From positions 51,411 through 115,410 of the forward strand of contig CALKGR010000002.1 in the NCBI GenBank assembly GCA_938085445.1: DNA of 64,000 bases, given 5' to 3'. This document shows, piece after piece, positions 52,339 through 63,178 of this stretch. This stretch comes from an uncultured Rubripirellula sp. GTDB lineage: Bacteria; Planctomycetota; Planctomycetia; Pirellulales; Pirellulaceae. Below the pieces are notes generated by a model. That model had not been told where the DNA came from, did no database searches, and saw only the letters and a program-made list of their open reading frames with translations. The position numbers and the translations under genes are program-made. Each line of letters begins with the position of its first letter. Position 1 is the first letter of the stretch.

Positions 52339-53820
52339 ATGCCCACCATCACAAACGCCAACACCAGAAATTTCGGCCGCAACTTGCATCTCGCGCCTCG
52401 GTACTTCTACACGCCGCGAAGCGAACAAGAAGTCATCAATATTATGAACCAACACGCTGGAGAGTCGATTCGATGCGTAGGTAGACTTCACTCCTGGAGT
52501 AACATTCTGGACTCCCAAGACGTGATCCTGGATCTGAGACATCTATGTGATGTCCGCATGGGAACAAACCAAGATGGCCATTATGCCGAGGTTGGTTCGG
52601 GTTGTCAGATAAAACACCTGGTGCATGAATTACGTGAATCGCGACAATGGACACTGCCGTCTCTTGGGTTTATTACTGAACAGACGATCGCCGGCGCAAT
52701 TTCAACAGGCACCCACGGATCCGGAAAACATTCCTTGTCTCACTATGTGAGATCAGTTCGTCTCGCTACCTATGACGCTGATACCGGCCAAGCCGTAACC
52801 ACTGTGGTGGATGCAGGCGATGAGCTTCGCGCCGCCCGCTGCAGCCTTGGAACACTGGGCGTTATTTTAAGTGTAACACTGGAAGTCCGTGACACGTATC
52901 TCGTCGAAGAACAGTTTCGCCACTATTCAAAACTCGAGGATGTTTTAGCCACAGAATCCACTTTCCCGCTGCAACAGTTCTACCTCGTCCCCTGGAAGTG
53001 GACTTTTGTTGCACAGCAACGAAGAGAGACGAATCGGAAACCGTCTCGACTTGCGTGGCTTTATCATCTTTACAGATTGATTGTCTTTGATGTTCTGATG
53101 CACTTACTGATCTTGTTGATCACTCGCCCACTATTCCCGTCAGCCTGTACGCGATGCGCCTTTAAGTGGGTGATACCAGCCTGCGTTATCCCACAGTGGC
53201 CCATAGTTGCTGATTCGTCAAAACAACTTGTTATGCAACATGAGTTATTCCACCACATCGAAATGGAGCTATTTGTCCAGCGGTCAAAACTACAAGATGC
53301 AACCGATTATTTAATCAACGCATTGACCACAATGGGCAGTCCTCACGTCAAAAGTAAGTCAAACCTGCAACGACCCGAGCTTAAACTTAACCCGGCACCG
53401 GCATTTGCGCAATTGCAGGGACAGTATTGTCACCATTACCCGATTTGCATTCGCAAAGTCGAATGTGATGACACACTGATCTCAATGTCATGTGCAAGCG
53501 ACGACGCTTCCAACCCGAAAGAATCATGGTACTCAATCACACTGACCAATCTGCACCGCGGTATCCACCGAGAGTCATTCATGAAGATGATGCCAATACT
53601 AACGCATGAATTTTCGACAAAATTCAACGCTAGAACGCACTGGGGAAAACTTTTTGGTATGTCTGGTTCCCAACTTGCCTCTGTCTATCCAAAGCTCCAG
53701 AAATTCATCACTATTCGACAAAGCTTTGATCCAACAGAGCGTTTCTCGAATGGATGGACCAAGGACTGCTTTACCGATGATAAAAACTTACCAAGATCAA
53801 CGACTTTACCAAAAAAGTAG
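52339..53820 (+). CDS. FAD-linked aldonolactone oxidase-like protein (ALO/GULO, VAO fold)
   Basis: GRLHSWS (covalent-FAD His position), QTIAGAISTGTHGSG, SLGTLGVI, EMELFV, C-terminal RTHWGK. Confidence 0.9.
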   Translation: MPTITNANTRNFGRNLHLAPRYFYTPRSEQEVINIMNQHAGESIRCVGRLHSWSNILDSQDVILDLRHLCDVRMGTNQDGHYAEVGSGCQIKHLVHELRESRQWTLPSLGFITEQTIAGAISTGTHGSGKHSLSHYVRSVRLATYDADTGQAVTTVVDAGDELRAARCSLGTLGVILSVTLEVRDTYLVEEQFRHYSKLEDVLATESTFPLQQFYLVPWKWTFVAQQRRETNRKPSRLAWLYHLYRLIVFDVLMHLLILLITRPLFPSACTRCAFKWVIPACVIPQWPIVADSSKQLVMQHELFHHIEMELFVQRSKLQDATDYLINALTTMGSPHVKSKSNLQRPELKLNPAPAFAQLQGQYCHHYPICIRKVECDDTLISMSCASDDASNPKESWYSITLTNLHRGIHRESFMKMMPILTHEFSTKFNARTHWGKLFGMSGSQLASVYPKLQKFITIRQSFDPTERFSNGWTKDCFTDDKNLPRSTTLPKK

Positions 53821-54036
53821 CATGTCGCACTTTCTTGTCAGTCAGCCTTTAGTATCCCTGTCTGCGCTCCGGGTAGCGGAGTAAACCTTCGCACTTGCAC
53901 GCCTTGCACGCCTTGCCGCAGTGCACAAGCCTTTGGCGTTGTAAGCCCGTGTTAAATTTGTAACATTCATTGGAATGAAACACCCACGGTCCGAGATCGA
54001 ACGCGCAAAAACCCTAGCTAAGATGAGAATGTCGAT

Positions 54037-54606
54037 ATGAACACAACCGTCATCCGCGCAATGCTGATCGGAACCTTTCTGCTTTCTTCCACAGCAGATG
54101 CACGCCGTATTGAACACTGGCCCTACAAGCGGCTTCTTGGGCAATCCGACATTGTGGTCATCGCTAGAGCCATCAACTCCGTACCTAACGAACGACCATG
54201 GAAAGAACCGCTCTTCGACCCAGGGTCCTTTTCGGGGGTCATCACTCAGTTCCGTGTCATCTCGACAATCAAAGGATCACCGTCACAGACTATTGGATTG
54301 CTGCATTACCAATACACCACCTCCAACACCCCAATGAACGATGGGCCAAACTTGCTGTCTTTTTACTCATCACCAGTTTCGACCAACGTTCAGACTGTAC
54401 CTGCTCGCGAATCCGAGCAGAAAAACTTGACAGAAAAACGCCAGACCTCCGGCAACATTCCTGAGTACCTGTTGTTCCTGAGAAAAAATGAAGACGGTAC
54501 CTATGAAGCTGTTTCAGGCCAGGTTGATCCTGCATTTTCAGTGCGCGCATTGTTCACCATCCCGTCAATTGCACCTAATCCTCCAATTTTCTTGCCTAAT
54601 GAATGA
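54037..54606 (+). CDS. Secreted hypothetical protein (beta-rich, possibly OB/NTR-like)
   Basis: Signal peptide (…STADA); SDIVVIARA, FRVISTIKG, EYLLFLRK, YEAVSGQVDP. Confidence 0.75.
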   Translation: MNTTVIRAMLIGTFLLSSTADARRIEHWPYKRLLGQSDIVVIARAINSVPNERPWKEPLFDPGSFSGVITQFRVISTIKGSPSQTIGLLHYQYTTSNTPMNDGPNLLSFYSSPVSTNVQTVPARESEQKNLTEKRQTSGNIPEYLLFLRKNEDGTYEAVSGQVDPAFSVRALFTIPSIAPNPPIFLPNE

Positions 54607-55305
54607 GCACCACGCACCTCATCTCCTGACACACAACACTTCGCCTGGTCAACGTATGATCCTTGGGTGCATCTTCGACAGAAGCCCCAACACCAACTGC
54701 GTTACCCACTCTGAACGCTAATGCACTTCGGTAATCCCTCTCTCATTTGAGACCGAACCGTTTGTCTGTTAGCAAAACGCAATCGATCGCGGCCCCCCGA
54801 CAGTTGTTCTGCAGATTCAACCCCGACAGCGTCATTCACAACTCCTGAAACGAGGAATTCCGACGATTGATTGCGGCAGCATGGAGCTACCAGCAATGAG
54901 ATTCGAGTTGCCAGATCAGGCCATTGTACCTGAATCCCCGAGTCAGAAACTTGAATCGCTACTCGATCCACAGGACCGTCGGGAAAACACAAACATCTTC
55001 GCGACTCAACACCTTGCAACCCCACGGTAAAACACGTTGCACGTTCGATTCAAAAGCGAACCATAAAGTTGTGCTACAATCAACGCGAGTGGCGTTGTGA
55101 CGTAATTCTGTTTATCACGAGAATCGCCTCATCATTCAGCTTGAACCTTTTTCTGGAACCCATTCTAGAATGTCACGAACAGAGGATGGCGCAAGTTGAG
55201 ACAGCCGTGTTGACCATTGCTTCAATCCAGTACCAAGCAGAGCAATGACCAAACACCTCACCCACGCTACTAGATAGTTTCCGTTCTGTCCCGAGAGGCA
55301 AACCC

Positions 55306-55677
55306 ATGAGTCAAAATCCAAACCAAAACCCGTACACCAACACGAGCCAAGCACAAGGTGCGAATCCCGTGGGCAACGCACCCCAATACAACCAAAATCA
55401 GGGGGATGGAACTGGAGGCTTGATCCCCTACAAGAATGCTCCGGCGCTCATCGCATACTATGTTTCGTTGTTGTCGCTCCTGCCGGTAATCGGCATACCG
55501 TTCGGGATAGCGAGCTTCGTACTTGGAGTCATCGGCCTCAAAAAACGCGCGAGGAATCCAGTAATCAAAGGTTCCGTCCACGCTTGGATCGGCATCGTAC
55601 TCGGGGGTGGAACGACGCTTCTGTGGATCGGTTTGATAGTCTTAGGCTTCGGCGTAAGGTTTTTCGGAAACCGTTAG
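55306..55677 (+). CDS. DUF4190-like small membrane protein
   Basis: QNPY low-complexity N-terminus; GGLIPYKNAPALIAYY, GIASFVLGVIGL, KGSVHAWIGIVLG; GAGG upstream. Confidence 0.85.
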   Translation: MSQNPNQNPYTNTSQAQGANPVGNAPQYNQNQGDGTGGLIPYKNAPALIAYYVSLLSLLPVIGIPFGIASFVLGVIGLKKRARNPVIKGSVHAWIGIVLGGGTTLLWIGLIVLGFGVRFFGNR

Positions 55678-56069
55678 AAAGCAAGCAAATCAGTCGATAT
55701 TGGAAATCGAAATCCAAGGCGTTAGCCAATTCGTCTGCTGCTTAATGCTAGTTCGTTGCGGTTCCCTCGGTACGCCTACCCGTGCTATCAAAGCGCACGG
55801 AAGCATGGAACTGTGATGACGCGTCCAGGATCTGATTGGCCAACAGGCGAACTCATGCTAACCAACGAGTGCAGTGGTACACACCGCGTTGCATCTTGCC
55901 ATCACTAATGTCGTCAGCCAACAACCCCAAACGGTCTTCTTTTTCGACAGTTGTCGGAGACTGACGTTGAACACTTTATTCTCGCGATCCAGGTTCAGGC
56001 GTCACCAAGCCACAAATGTCATGGTGACAGTCTCATCGCAATCACTCTAGCTGAGCCTTCAAGCAGACC

Positions 56070-57146
56070 TCACTCCTTCGTTGCCAACGGCTCCACCAGA
56101 AGTTTTTCAGCAAACCGCTTGTAGCTTGCTTCCACATCATCCGGCGTTACACGACCACTGAAGAATTCCACACGATACCGCAATTTTAGATGCGCATCTT
56201 TCGCAATTTTAAACGCGCCAGCACCCTTTTCCTTACTAAGAAAGTGATGCATTCCAAACGGATTGGCTGTTACCAAGCCATAGTCCCTAGCGTGCCAAGT
56301 CGTGGGATGCCTTAAATTGCTTGGATGATCGTACATAGCGATGCTCATGGGCCTCTCATCAATCATACCCGTGTACAGCAACCACCGCGCCCGCTTACCC
56401 CAGATGGCTTTTCCCGACACACCCTCACTATTGATGGCAGTACCAAAGACCTTTTCAACGCCACGCTTTGGAGCGTTCGTTAAACGAAGATCCGGATGCG
56501 TGCGTATTGCAAATAACCCTTCTTTTGTGTCGTCAAACTGGATATCTCCATAAGTCGCCTCGAAATCGACCAAACAATCGATCCATCGACTCTTGTTTGT
56601 CCCACCGAACCAATACGTTGTTTGGTCTGTGAGCAACGGTTTATCTTCTTTTTTCGTTTTCCACACAGATGTGGCCCGAAGCACATTACCTGGTTTTGGA
56701 CTCCCGGCAAAACTTGTCTCAACCGTTTCGGTAACCACCTTGCCCTCGCTTTCCCCCCAAAAATCGATGCCGCTTATCTCGTGCGAAATCCACATCGACT
56801 TATGGTGTGGGTGATCATGCGCTTCGCCCACAACATCCTTCTTCATTGGCCAGTTACGCGTCATACCGACTTGGCCGGGTCCATAGATCGGGTACAAAAT
56901 CGGCTTGTCGTAATCGCGGTAATCAAACTCTGTAAACACCTTGTCACCAAGCATTACCTTTACTTCTTCGCCAGTGTCCTTCAACGTCACTGAAAGACCA
57001 TCACCGGTCGGGGTCTCCGCTTTTACGTGGCCCCCAAATATCACAACAAAAACAAGGCAACCGACGTTTATCCCGATTGAACCAGCCTTCACTACCTGCA
57101 GACATTGTAAAAACTTTTCTCTATGCATCAAAAACTTGCAGGGCAT
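56070..57146 (-). CDS. DUF6807 / 'PmoA family' beta-sandwich protein (not a true methane monooxygenase)
   Basis: KPILYPIYGP, TRNWPM, DHPHHKSMW, DTKEGLFAIR, WHARDYGL..ANPFG; GGAG before ATG 57146. Confidence 0.87.
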   Translation of the reverse strand: MPCKFLMHREKFLQCLQVVKAGSIGINVGCLVFVVIFGGHVKAETPTGDGLSVTLKDTGEEVKVMLGDKVFTEFDYRDYDKPILYPIYGPGQVGMTRNWPMKKDVVGEAHDHPHHKSMWISHEISGIDFWGESEGKVVTETVETSFAGSPKPGNVLRATSVWKTKKEDKPLLTDQTTYWFGGTNKSRWIDCLVDFEATYGDIQFDDTKEGLFAIRTHPDLRLTNAPKRGVEKVFGTAINSEGVSGKAIWGKRARWLLYTGMIDERPMSIAMYDHPSNLRHPTTWHARDYGLVTANPFGMHHFLSKEKGAGAFKIAKDAHLKLRYRVEFFSGRVTPDDVEASYKRFAEKLLVEPLATKE

Positions 57147-58084
57147 GTCGACTCCGGGACACTTAATTGTTGGTATGCGGATCAAGACGGAAAACAAAAA
57201 TTGCTCCCGTATTTGCTTCAAAGACTTTACCAAAGCCTGCGATCATATTCCACAATTCCGCTACTTGAAATATCTCAATTACCAGAATTCTACAGAGGCA
57301 TCCGAACCACTTCGTGAATACGAGCGGCATACTGGACAAGAACCCAATTCAACCAGCAATGCGTAATAAGCGACTGAAAACCTGCCAATACTGACTTCCA
57401 GAACGTAATCAGTCCGCAAGTTGACACAAATACTCGGCAAGAAACTTTGGTCAGGTTGAATCAAGTCGGAAGCAAGAGTTCGATCGAGTCGCCTCAGAAA
57501 ATCGGCATACTCATACGGCGATACAAATTCAAAACATATTTTTTCAACATCAGTTTTATCGAGACACGGCGTCTGTTCGCCTTAAATCACAAAAACGCTC
57601 GATTTCATTTCTAAGCGTTGGCTGTTTTAAGCGTGGGCGAAGCACACCAACTCAGACGACCCAAACAGAAACACGATCAAAAACGTCAATCTCATATTCA
57701 TCGCGTGTCGCGTCGCACGGCACAACTGGCAAACCGGTAACACTCAGAACCGCACTGAGCAAATTACTCACTTGCAATCCCACCAAGTGGTGTTGTGATT
57801 GACCACGAAACTATTTTTCGACATGCCCATGAACGGTGTTACCACTCCATCGACCGCGTTCCCGCAGAAGCACGATCACACTATTGCAAGATTAAAATGT
57901 TGTCCGAGTGGTTTCGGAGGCAAAGCGTATTCCGTAAAACTCTTTTCAGTCCCGCCAGCCTGTCCCTCGTCGGCAATTCGGTGAGTACGAGTTTATATTC
58001 CTGCTGCATTCCAACAACGACATGAAGTAAAATGCGGAAGAGCAACGGAAGTTCCAATCCACCTTAAGTCCGTGGTTTTACATC

Positions 58085-58798
58085 ATGCCCGACACATTCA
58101 ACTCAGCTGACGGAAAGGTGCAGGCTTACAAAAGCACCGACCAAGCAGTCAGAAACAGCTCGATCAGCAACAATGCCATCGTTATCTCGGCAATCCTTTG
58201 CCTGGGAGGTCTCACCCTTGTGGTCGTGTCGACGCTCATCACTAGCAAGCTTCTTCAAAAGTCGGCCGAAATCACCGTATCTGAGGATCCTGCCCAGCAA
58301 GCAGCCGAATCACCCGTTGTAACCGAATTCAAGGAGGGATACTCAATGATCCTTCCTTTGGGATTCAGTGGACAAAACCGCAGAGAAACCGAAGCTGGTG
58401 ATATCATTTACACCTTCTCGGGGGATAATGGATGCAAGTTATCGTTTGCCCTCATTAATGATGATACGCTTGGTCGTTTTGCAAGTCCCCCCAAGACTTA
58501 CAAAGACTCACTGATTCAACGTATCCCTGAACTCAGCACCGACATTGAAGGTGAAGTTGCGCCCGAACGGATATCCATTAACGGACTGCCGTCAGTCTTA
58601 TTCCGCTTCTATGAAAAAGAGACTTTTCGAGGCGTCGTTTTCACCTATTACATGGTGAGCATGGACCGCGGCAAAAAACTCGTTTTGAAAATTGCAGGGA
58701 AACACGGAAACTACAGCGACCAAGATTTAAATATTAACATGCCTGATCAGTGGTATGACGCCATGTTGACTCTTAAGCGTACTGGTCGCGCCCGCTAA
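58085..58798 (+). CDS. Hypothetical single-pass membrane protein
   Basis: One TM (AIVISAILCLGGLTLVVV), acidic linker, beta-rich C-terminal domain (possibly PsbP/DcrB-like; weak). Confidence 0.75.
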   Translation: MPDTFNSADGKVQAYKSTDQAVRNSSISNNAIVISAILCLGGLTLVVVSTLITSKLLQKSAEITVSEDPAQQAAESPVVTEFKEGYSMILPLGFSGQNRRETEAGDIIYTFSGDNGCKLSFALINDDTLGRFASPPKTYKDSLIQRIPELSTDIEGEVAPERISINGLPSVLFRFYEKETFRGVVFTYYMVSMDRGKKLVLKIAGKHGNYSDQDLNINMPDQWYDAMLTLKRTGRAR

Positions 58799-58840
58799 AC
58801 AAAGTGAGTGCACCCGTATCTTCCGTGGCAAATTTCTACT

Positions 58841-60994
58841 TCATAGTGAGGGAAGCCGCGCAGGCATCCCTGTCTCCTTTACCAAGGGCAGCTTTGGCTT
58901 CCACGTTGGATGGTCCTGACTCAACCACTCCCGGAGTCGACCCGCCAAACGCGATAAAAGCTCAGGCCTATCATTAGCGATATTTGTTGACTCGTTGATA
59001 TCTTGCGTAACGTTGTACAACATCCAAGCATTGGCCTCATAGTAATAGAGCAGCTTGTATTGAACCCCCTCAATCTGATCAATCACCGCAACACATGGCG
59101 AAGCACGCTTATCCAAATACCCAGGAAACAGATAGAAAACCGGTTCCTCGCGCTCGGCGTTATCAGGATCCAGAAGCGTCTCAGCAAACGAGATCCCGTC
59201 TAACGGATGTTCCTCGGCTTTCGGCATCCACTCACCGCCCGACAGTTCCAAATAGGTGGGATAATAATCGACGGTATGCACCAACCGATTGGTTACCGTT
59301 GCAGGGGGAATCTTCCCCAACCACCGAGCAATCAGAGGGACTCGTATGCCGCCTTCCGTAAACATGCCCTTGGTCCCCCTCAAGGGCAGGTTGTCTTTGT
59401 GCGTTCCGCCATTGTCTGAGGTAAAAAGAATCAGGGTTCGTTCCGCGATACTATCGACGTGGTCTCCGTCACCATTCGGGTCCTCAACCACATTTAGAAC
59501 ACGTCCGACGATTGAATCTACGCCACGCACAAACCCATAAAAAGCATCGTTACCCGAAGCAGCCTTAAGGTCGGGACGCGATTGCACGGGCCCGTGAACT
59601 GCATAGGGATGAACTTGCAGATAAAAAGGAGCATTATCAGCTGACAATGCTTTCACCGTTTCCTCCATGGCGTCCCCAACCGCATCGCTGACGTGTTTGG
59701 GGCTTCCAACAAGAGACAATGGGAAATCATGCTGGCGCAAATAATCGGCGTCATAAGGCTCAGCGAACCGATCCAAGTCACCACGTCCTAACCCGCGGAA
59801 TACCCAACGGCCATCTCCATTTTTGCTAGAAAAGCAGACTGGCTGATGCCCTTGAGAGAACCCGCCAATATTGATATCAAAACCTACATTCTCGGGCAAA
59901 GTGCCTGCTCCCTCGTGCCCACCGACGTGATACTTCCCTATGTGAGCCGTTTGATATCCATGCTGCTTCAAAGCTTCCGCAACCGTCACTGCTTCCACGG
60001 CAACATCTTCAGACTGCCTGGGAGCATCAAACTTCGCATTCGCCCGCGACACGCCTCCACGACCGTGGCGACTCAAACTGCCCACCACATAAACGTCGTT
60101 GTGTATGCGGGCGGGGTATTGTCCTGATAACATTGCTGCACGCGTTGGCGCGCAATTCGGTTGCGCATAAGCATTCGTAAAACACAACCCTTCATCGGCA
60201 AGCCTCGAAAGATTCGGCGTCTTATATTGCGGCCGATTGCTACTGAAAGTTGCTCTAGCAACCCCGATCTGATTCCACCCCAAATCGTCAACCATCACCA
60301 TAATGATATTGGGTTTACCTTCAAATTCGCTCAATGAACCGGGCTGATACCTTGGATTTTTGTAGCGTTTCAAAGAAAGCCCTTTTCCCGCATTCATCAC
60401 CTCTGACTGCGGGGACAACGATGACGCTTCCGTGACCTGTTGAGGTCCCATCGGCAATCCATCCAAACTAAAAATCAGATCATTGCTAGTCACACTCCTC
60501 CCCGGTCGCCACGCACCCCTTGTCGCCGAATTTCTTCTTATCAAACGACCTTTGCTATAGCAGCTCCCAAGACTGAACTTCAGCTTTGATTTCTCAGTGC
60601 TGAGGAGAAAAGCATAAGTGCCTTGTCGCAAAGCCAACGGCTCGTCAAACGTCATTTGTATTGTCTGATCGCGGACCAACCCGCTCGGTAACTTCGTGGC
60701 TACTTCAAAAAGAGGATCGCCGACAGGAACGCCACCGTCTAACTTCAGGAACTGCACGGTGATATCTTTGCACTCGGTTACTTCATTCAACTTCAATGCG
60801 AGTGATTTCAGCTCTACAGCCTTATCGCACTGAAACGTCTGTCCTTTCGAGTTCCCATGCTCAAGAAGGGTCACCCCTTCGACCGTCGCCCTCAACCCCG
60901 AGCCACCATTGGTGGGCGCGATCTCAAACTCTGCAGCCGACAAATCACCAAACAGGCACACACCAGCAATCACGGACAAAAAACGTACGTTCAT
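58841..60994 (-). CDS. S1 sulfatase with extra N-terminal beta-sandwich domain
   Basis: Signal peptide, roughly 160-aa beta domain, then PNIIMVMVDDLGWN, NCAPTRAAMLSG, GKYHVG, SDNGG, GTKGMFTEGGIRVP. Confidence 0.93.
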   Translation of the reverse strand: MNVRFLSVIAGVCLFGDLSAAEFEIAPTNGGSGLRATVEGVTLLEHGNSKGQTFQCDKAVELKSLALKLNEVTECKDITVQFLKLDGGVPVGDPLFEVATKLPSGLVRDQTIQMTFDEPLALRQGTYAFLLSTEKSKLKFSLGSCYSKGRLIRRNSATRGAWRPGRSVTSNDLIFSLDGLPMGPQQVTEASSLSPQSEVMNAGKGLSLKRYKNPRYQPGSLSEFEGKPNIIMVMVDDLGWNQIGVARATFSSNRPQYKTPNLSRLADEGLCFTNAYAQPNCAPTRAAMLSGQYPARIHNDVYVVGSLSRHGRGGVSRANAKFDAPRQSEDVAVEAVTVAEALKQHGYQTAHIGKYHVGGHEGAGTLPENVGFDINIGGFSQGHQPVCFSSKNGDGRWVFRGLGRGDLDRFAEPYDADYLRQHDFPLSLVGSPKHVSDAVGDAMEETVKALSADNAPFYLQVHPYAVHGPVQSRPDLKAASGNDAFYGFVRGVDSIVGRVLNVVEDPNGDGDHVDSIAERTLILFTSDNGGTHKDNLPLRGTKGMFTEGGIRVPLIARWLGKIPPATVTNRLVHTVDYYPTYLELSGGEWMPKAEEHPLDGISFAETLLDPDNAEREEPVFYLFPGYLDKRASPCVAVIDQIEGVQYKLLYYYEANAWMLYNVTQDINESTNIANDRPELLSRLAGRLREWLSQDHPTWKPKLPLVKETGMPARLPSL

Positions 60995-61571
60995 ATCGTT
61001 TCAACAAGATCCAACTAACAAGCTACGATCGAAACACATCCAAACCACAAGTAATCGCAGAATAGACGGCCTAACAGACACACCAAAGCATACCAACAAC
61101 CCACCCGACTCCCAAACACTGGCACGAAATGCATCTTCAACAAGCATCCCACAACTGCCCATTCTGAACGCGATAGCGCACGCCCAACACAAAGACAAGG
61201 CAATTCCCATAATAACACAATCGTAATACACGGGTTCTCCGGGCCAAAAACCATGCAGACAATGCCGTAAGCCGTCCCACTGATTCATGCTCTTTCGGCA
61301 ACTCGACTTTGGTTACGTAGACACAACCTACTCCAACGACTGCCGCAGGATGCACCGCATGCGCGCCAATGTTTGACTACGCAACCTCCGTTTAATCAAT
61401 CCCGTGGTAAATTGAGCCTTAACAACGAACCACCGTTCGAGTGGTCAATCACATTTCAGTGCGAATGTCCGCCAGCGACAAAACACGCTAAAGTACTTAA
61501 TCGCCACCCTTGATTATGATGACTGCGTCACAGAGCGGGCCAAATATTTCTTATGCCCATGCATTTGCCCC

Positions 61572-62540
61572 ATGCGTTTGCTCCAAACGATCTTTAATTT
61601 CATAGCCTTTCTGACATTTTTCGGGTGTTCACCCAAAATAGTCCCATTGGTTCAAGAACATCCAGGAACGGATCAGGCTGACTCGTTTCGTGAATCACAA
61701 CAAGGCAACTTCGATAGGCCATTGCTTCAACCAGTAAGCGATGAACGCATCAACGCCCCCACTCACAGTGTCGTCTCGACACCCTCACACTACGCAGTGC
61801 GTTTGCTGGCCTGGAATGTTGAATCTGGTGGCAACGACCCATCGACCATCAGCAAGCAACTGACAGATTTTCAAGGCTATGATGTAATCTGTTTAAGCGA
61901 AGTCGCAAAGCAAAACCTCCAGCGTTACGCATCCGTCTTGCAAAACAAGTATCATGAATTTCACGGCGTCACAGGCAACGCCGACCGGCTTCAAATTCTG
62001 GTCAAGAAAGAGCGATATGACATCCTCGACAGTCAGGAATTGAGTCAGCACCGACAATACACCCTTAATAAAGGAAATCACCGATCACCGCTTTTTGTCA
62101 GGATCCGTGAAAAGGAATCATCGCAAGAGATGATTGTGATGACAAATCATCTCGCGAGAGGAAACGCTGACTTTCGCCAAGAACAAGCCGTAGGTCTGCG
62201 AGAGTGGGCACGCGAACAAACCGTTCCGGTGATCGCGTTGGGCGACTTCAATATGGATTATGATTACCGAGTCATGAAAGGAAATGCAGCATTCGACGAA
62301 ATGATTCGCGACAATGTCTGGTCTTGGCTCGCTCCGGAAACTTTTGTTGACACAAATTGGTCTGATCGTGACGGTGATGGTCAAGACAATTACCCAGACT
62401 CAATGCTCGATCTTGCCTTTGCTGCTGGCGCGGCGAAAGAGTGGGGTATTGAATGTCGTGTAATTGTGCGACCAGATGACTTCCCTGATGACAAAACCAC
62501 CAGCGACCACCGCCCCATCGAACTCCTCTACTATCGCTGA
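61572..62540 (+). CDS. Endonuclease/exonuclease/phosphatase (EEP) family lipoprotein
   Basis: Lipobox FFGC; AWNVE, LSEV, TNHL, GDFN, LDLAF and SDHRP catalytic motifs. Confidence 0.92.
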   Translation: MRLLQTIFNFIAFLTFFGCSPKIVPLVQEHPGTDQADSFRESQQGNFDRPLLQPVSDERINAPTHSVVSTPSHYAVRLLAWNVESGGNDPSTISKQLTDFQGYDVICLSEVAKQNLQRYASVLQNKYHEFHGVTGNADRLQILVKKERYDILDSQELSQHRQYTLNKGNHRSPLFVRIREKESSQEMIVMTNHLARGNADFRQEQAVGLREWAREQTVPVIALGDFNMDYDYRVMKGNAAFDEMIRDNVWSWLAPETFVDTNWSDRDGDGQDNYPDSMLDLAFAAGAAKEWGIECRVIVRPDDFPDDKTTSDHRPIELLYYR

Positions 62541-62752
62541 GCCGCATTCCATGCCTGCTGGTGATCACGACGCAAGGGACGAAACATCACGGCTTCATTG
62601 ATGGCAAGCTGAATCCCACACCCTGAGAAAACAATGCCGCACATCGATAAGCACACCGACCCTACCAACTGACGTGCGATGGTGCCCTTTACAAAATTGC
62701 AACGCCAGCATTTGTCAAACCCGAGTGATCGCAAACCAGCTCAACACCTGAT

Positions 62753-63178
62753 TTAGCAATCAACCCGCGGCACCTGATAGGGATTTCCTGACTCCTCCTG
62801 CTTGGCAAGGTTCGTGTCAGAGGACACAGGCAAGTTCCGTCCCACCAAACGACTGAGCCTCGCTGTGCCCCAGCTAGCCCCCGTCAGATACCCCAACAAG
62901 GCAAAGATACTAGAGCAAAACATAAGAACTAAGTCCCACATCCCAATCACAGCAATCCAGTGAATGAGATCATCTGCTGTAGGTGCCGATATAGAAGACT
63001 GAAAAACGCAAACACCCAACGAATACAGAATCGTCAAAGTCGCAGCAACGACACTCACACGATTTGTCAAGCGATATTGGGTTCGCTTGACATCGCGTAC
63101 AGCAAGAAAGCTACTAATGATGAATGGAACAACACATACGGAAAACACGCACACCGAAATTGAAACTAATGCCAACAC
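62753..63178 (-). CDS. Small three-TM membrane protein with C-terminal GNPYQ motif
   Basis: Three hydrophobic helices; tail ESGNPYQVP. Confidence 0.7.
   Translation of the reverse strand: MLALVSISVCVFSVCVVPFIISSFLAVRDVKRTQYRLTNRVSVVAATLTILYSLGVCVFQSSISAPTADDLIHWIAVIGMWDLVLMFCSSIFALLGYLTGASWGTARLSRLVGRNLPVSSDTNLAKQEESGNPYQVPRVDC

Noticed and set aside
53894..53920. 9-bp tandem CTTGCACGC repeat
   Set aside because: Only two and a half copies; consistent with a simple slippage duplication.
56070..57146. Methane monooxygenase subunit (from the 'PmoA family' label)
   Set aside because: Soluble beta-rich protein without the multi-TM PmoA architecture; no pmoB or pmoC nearby.
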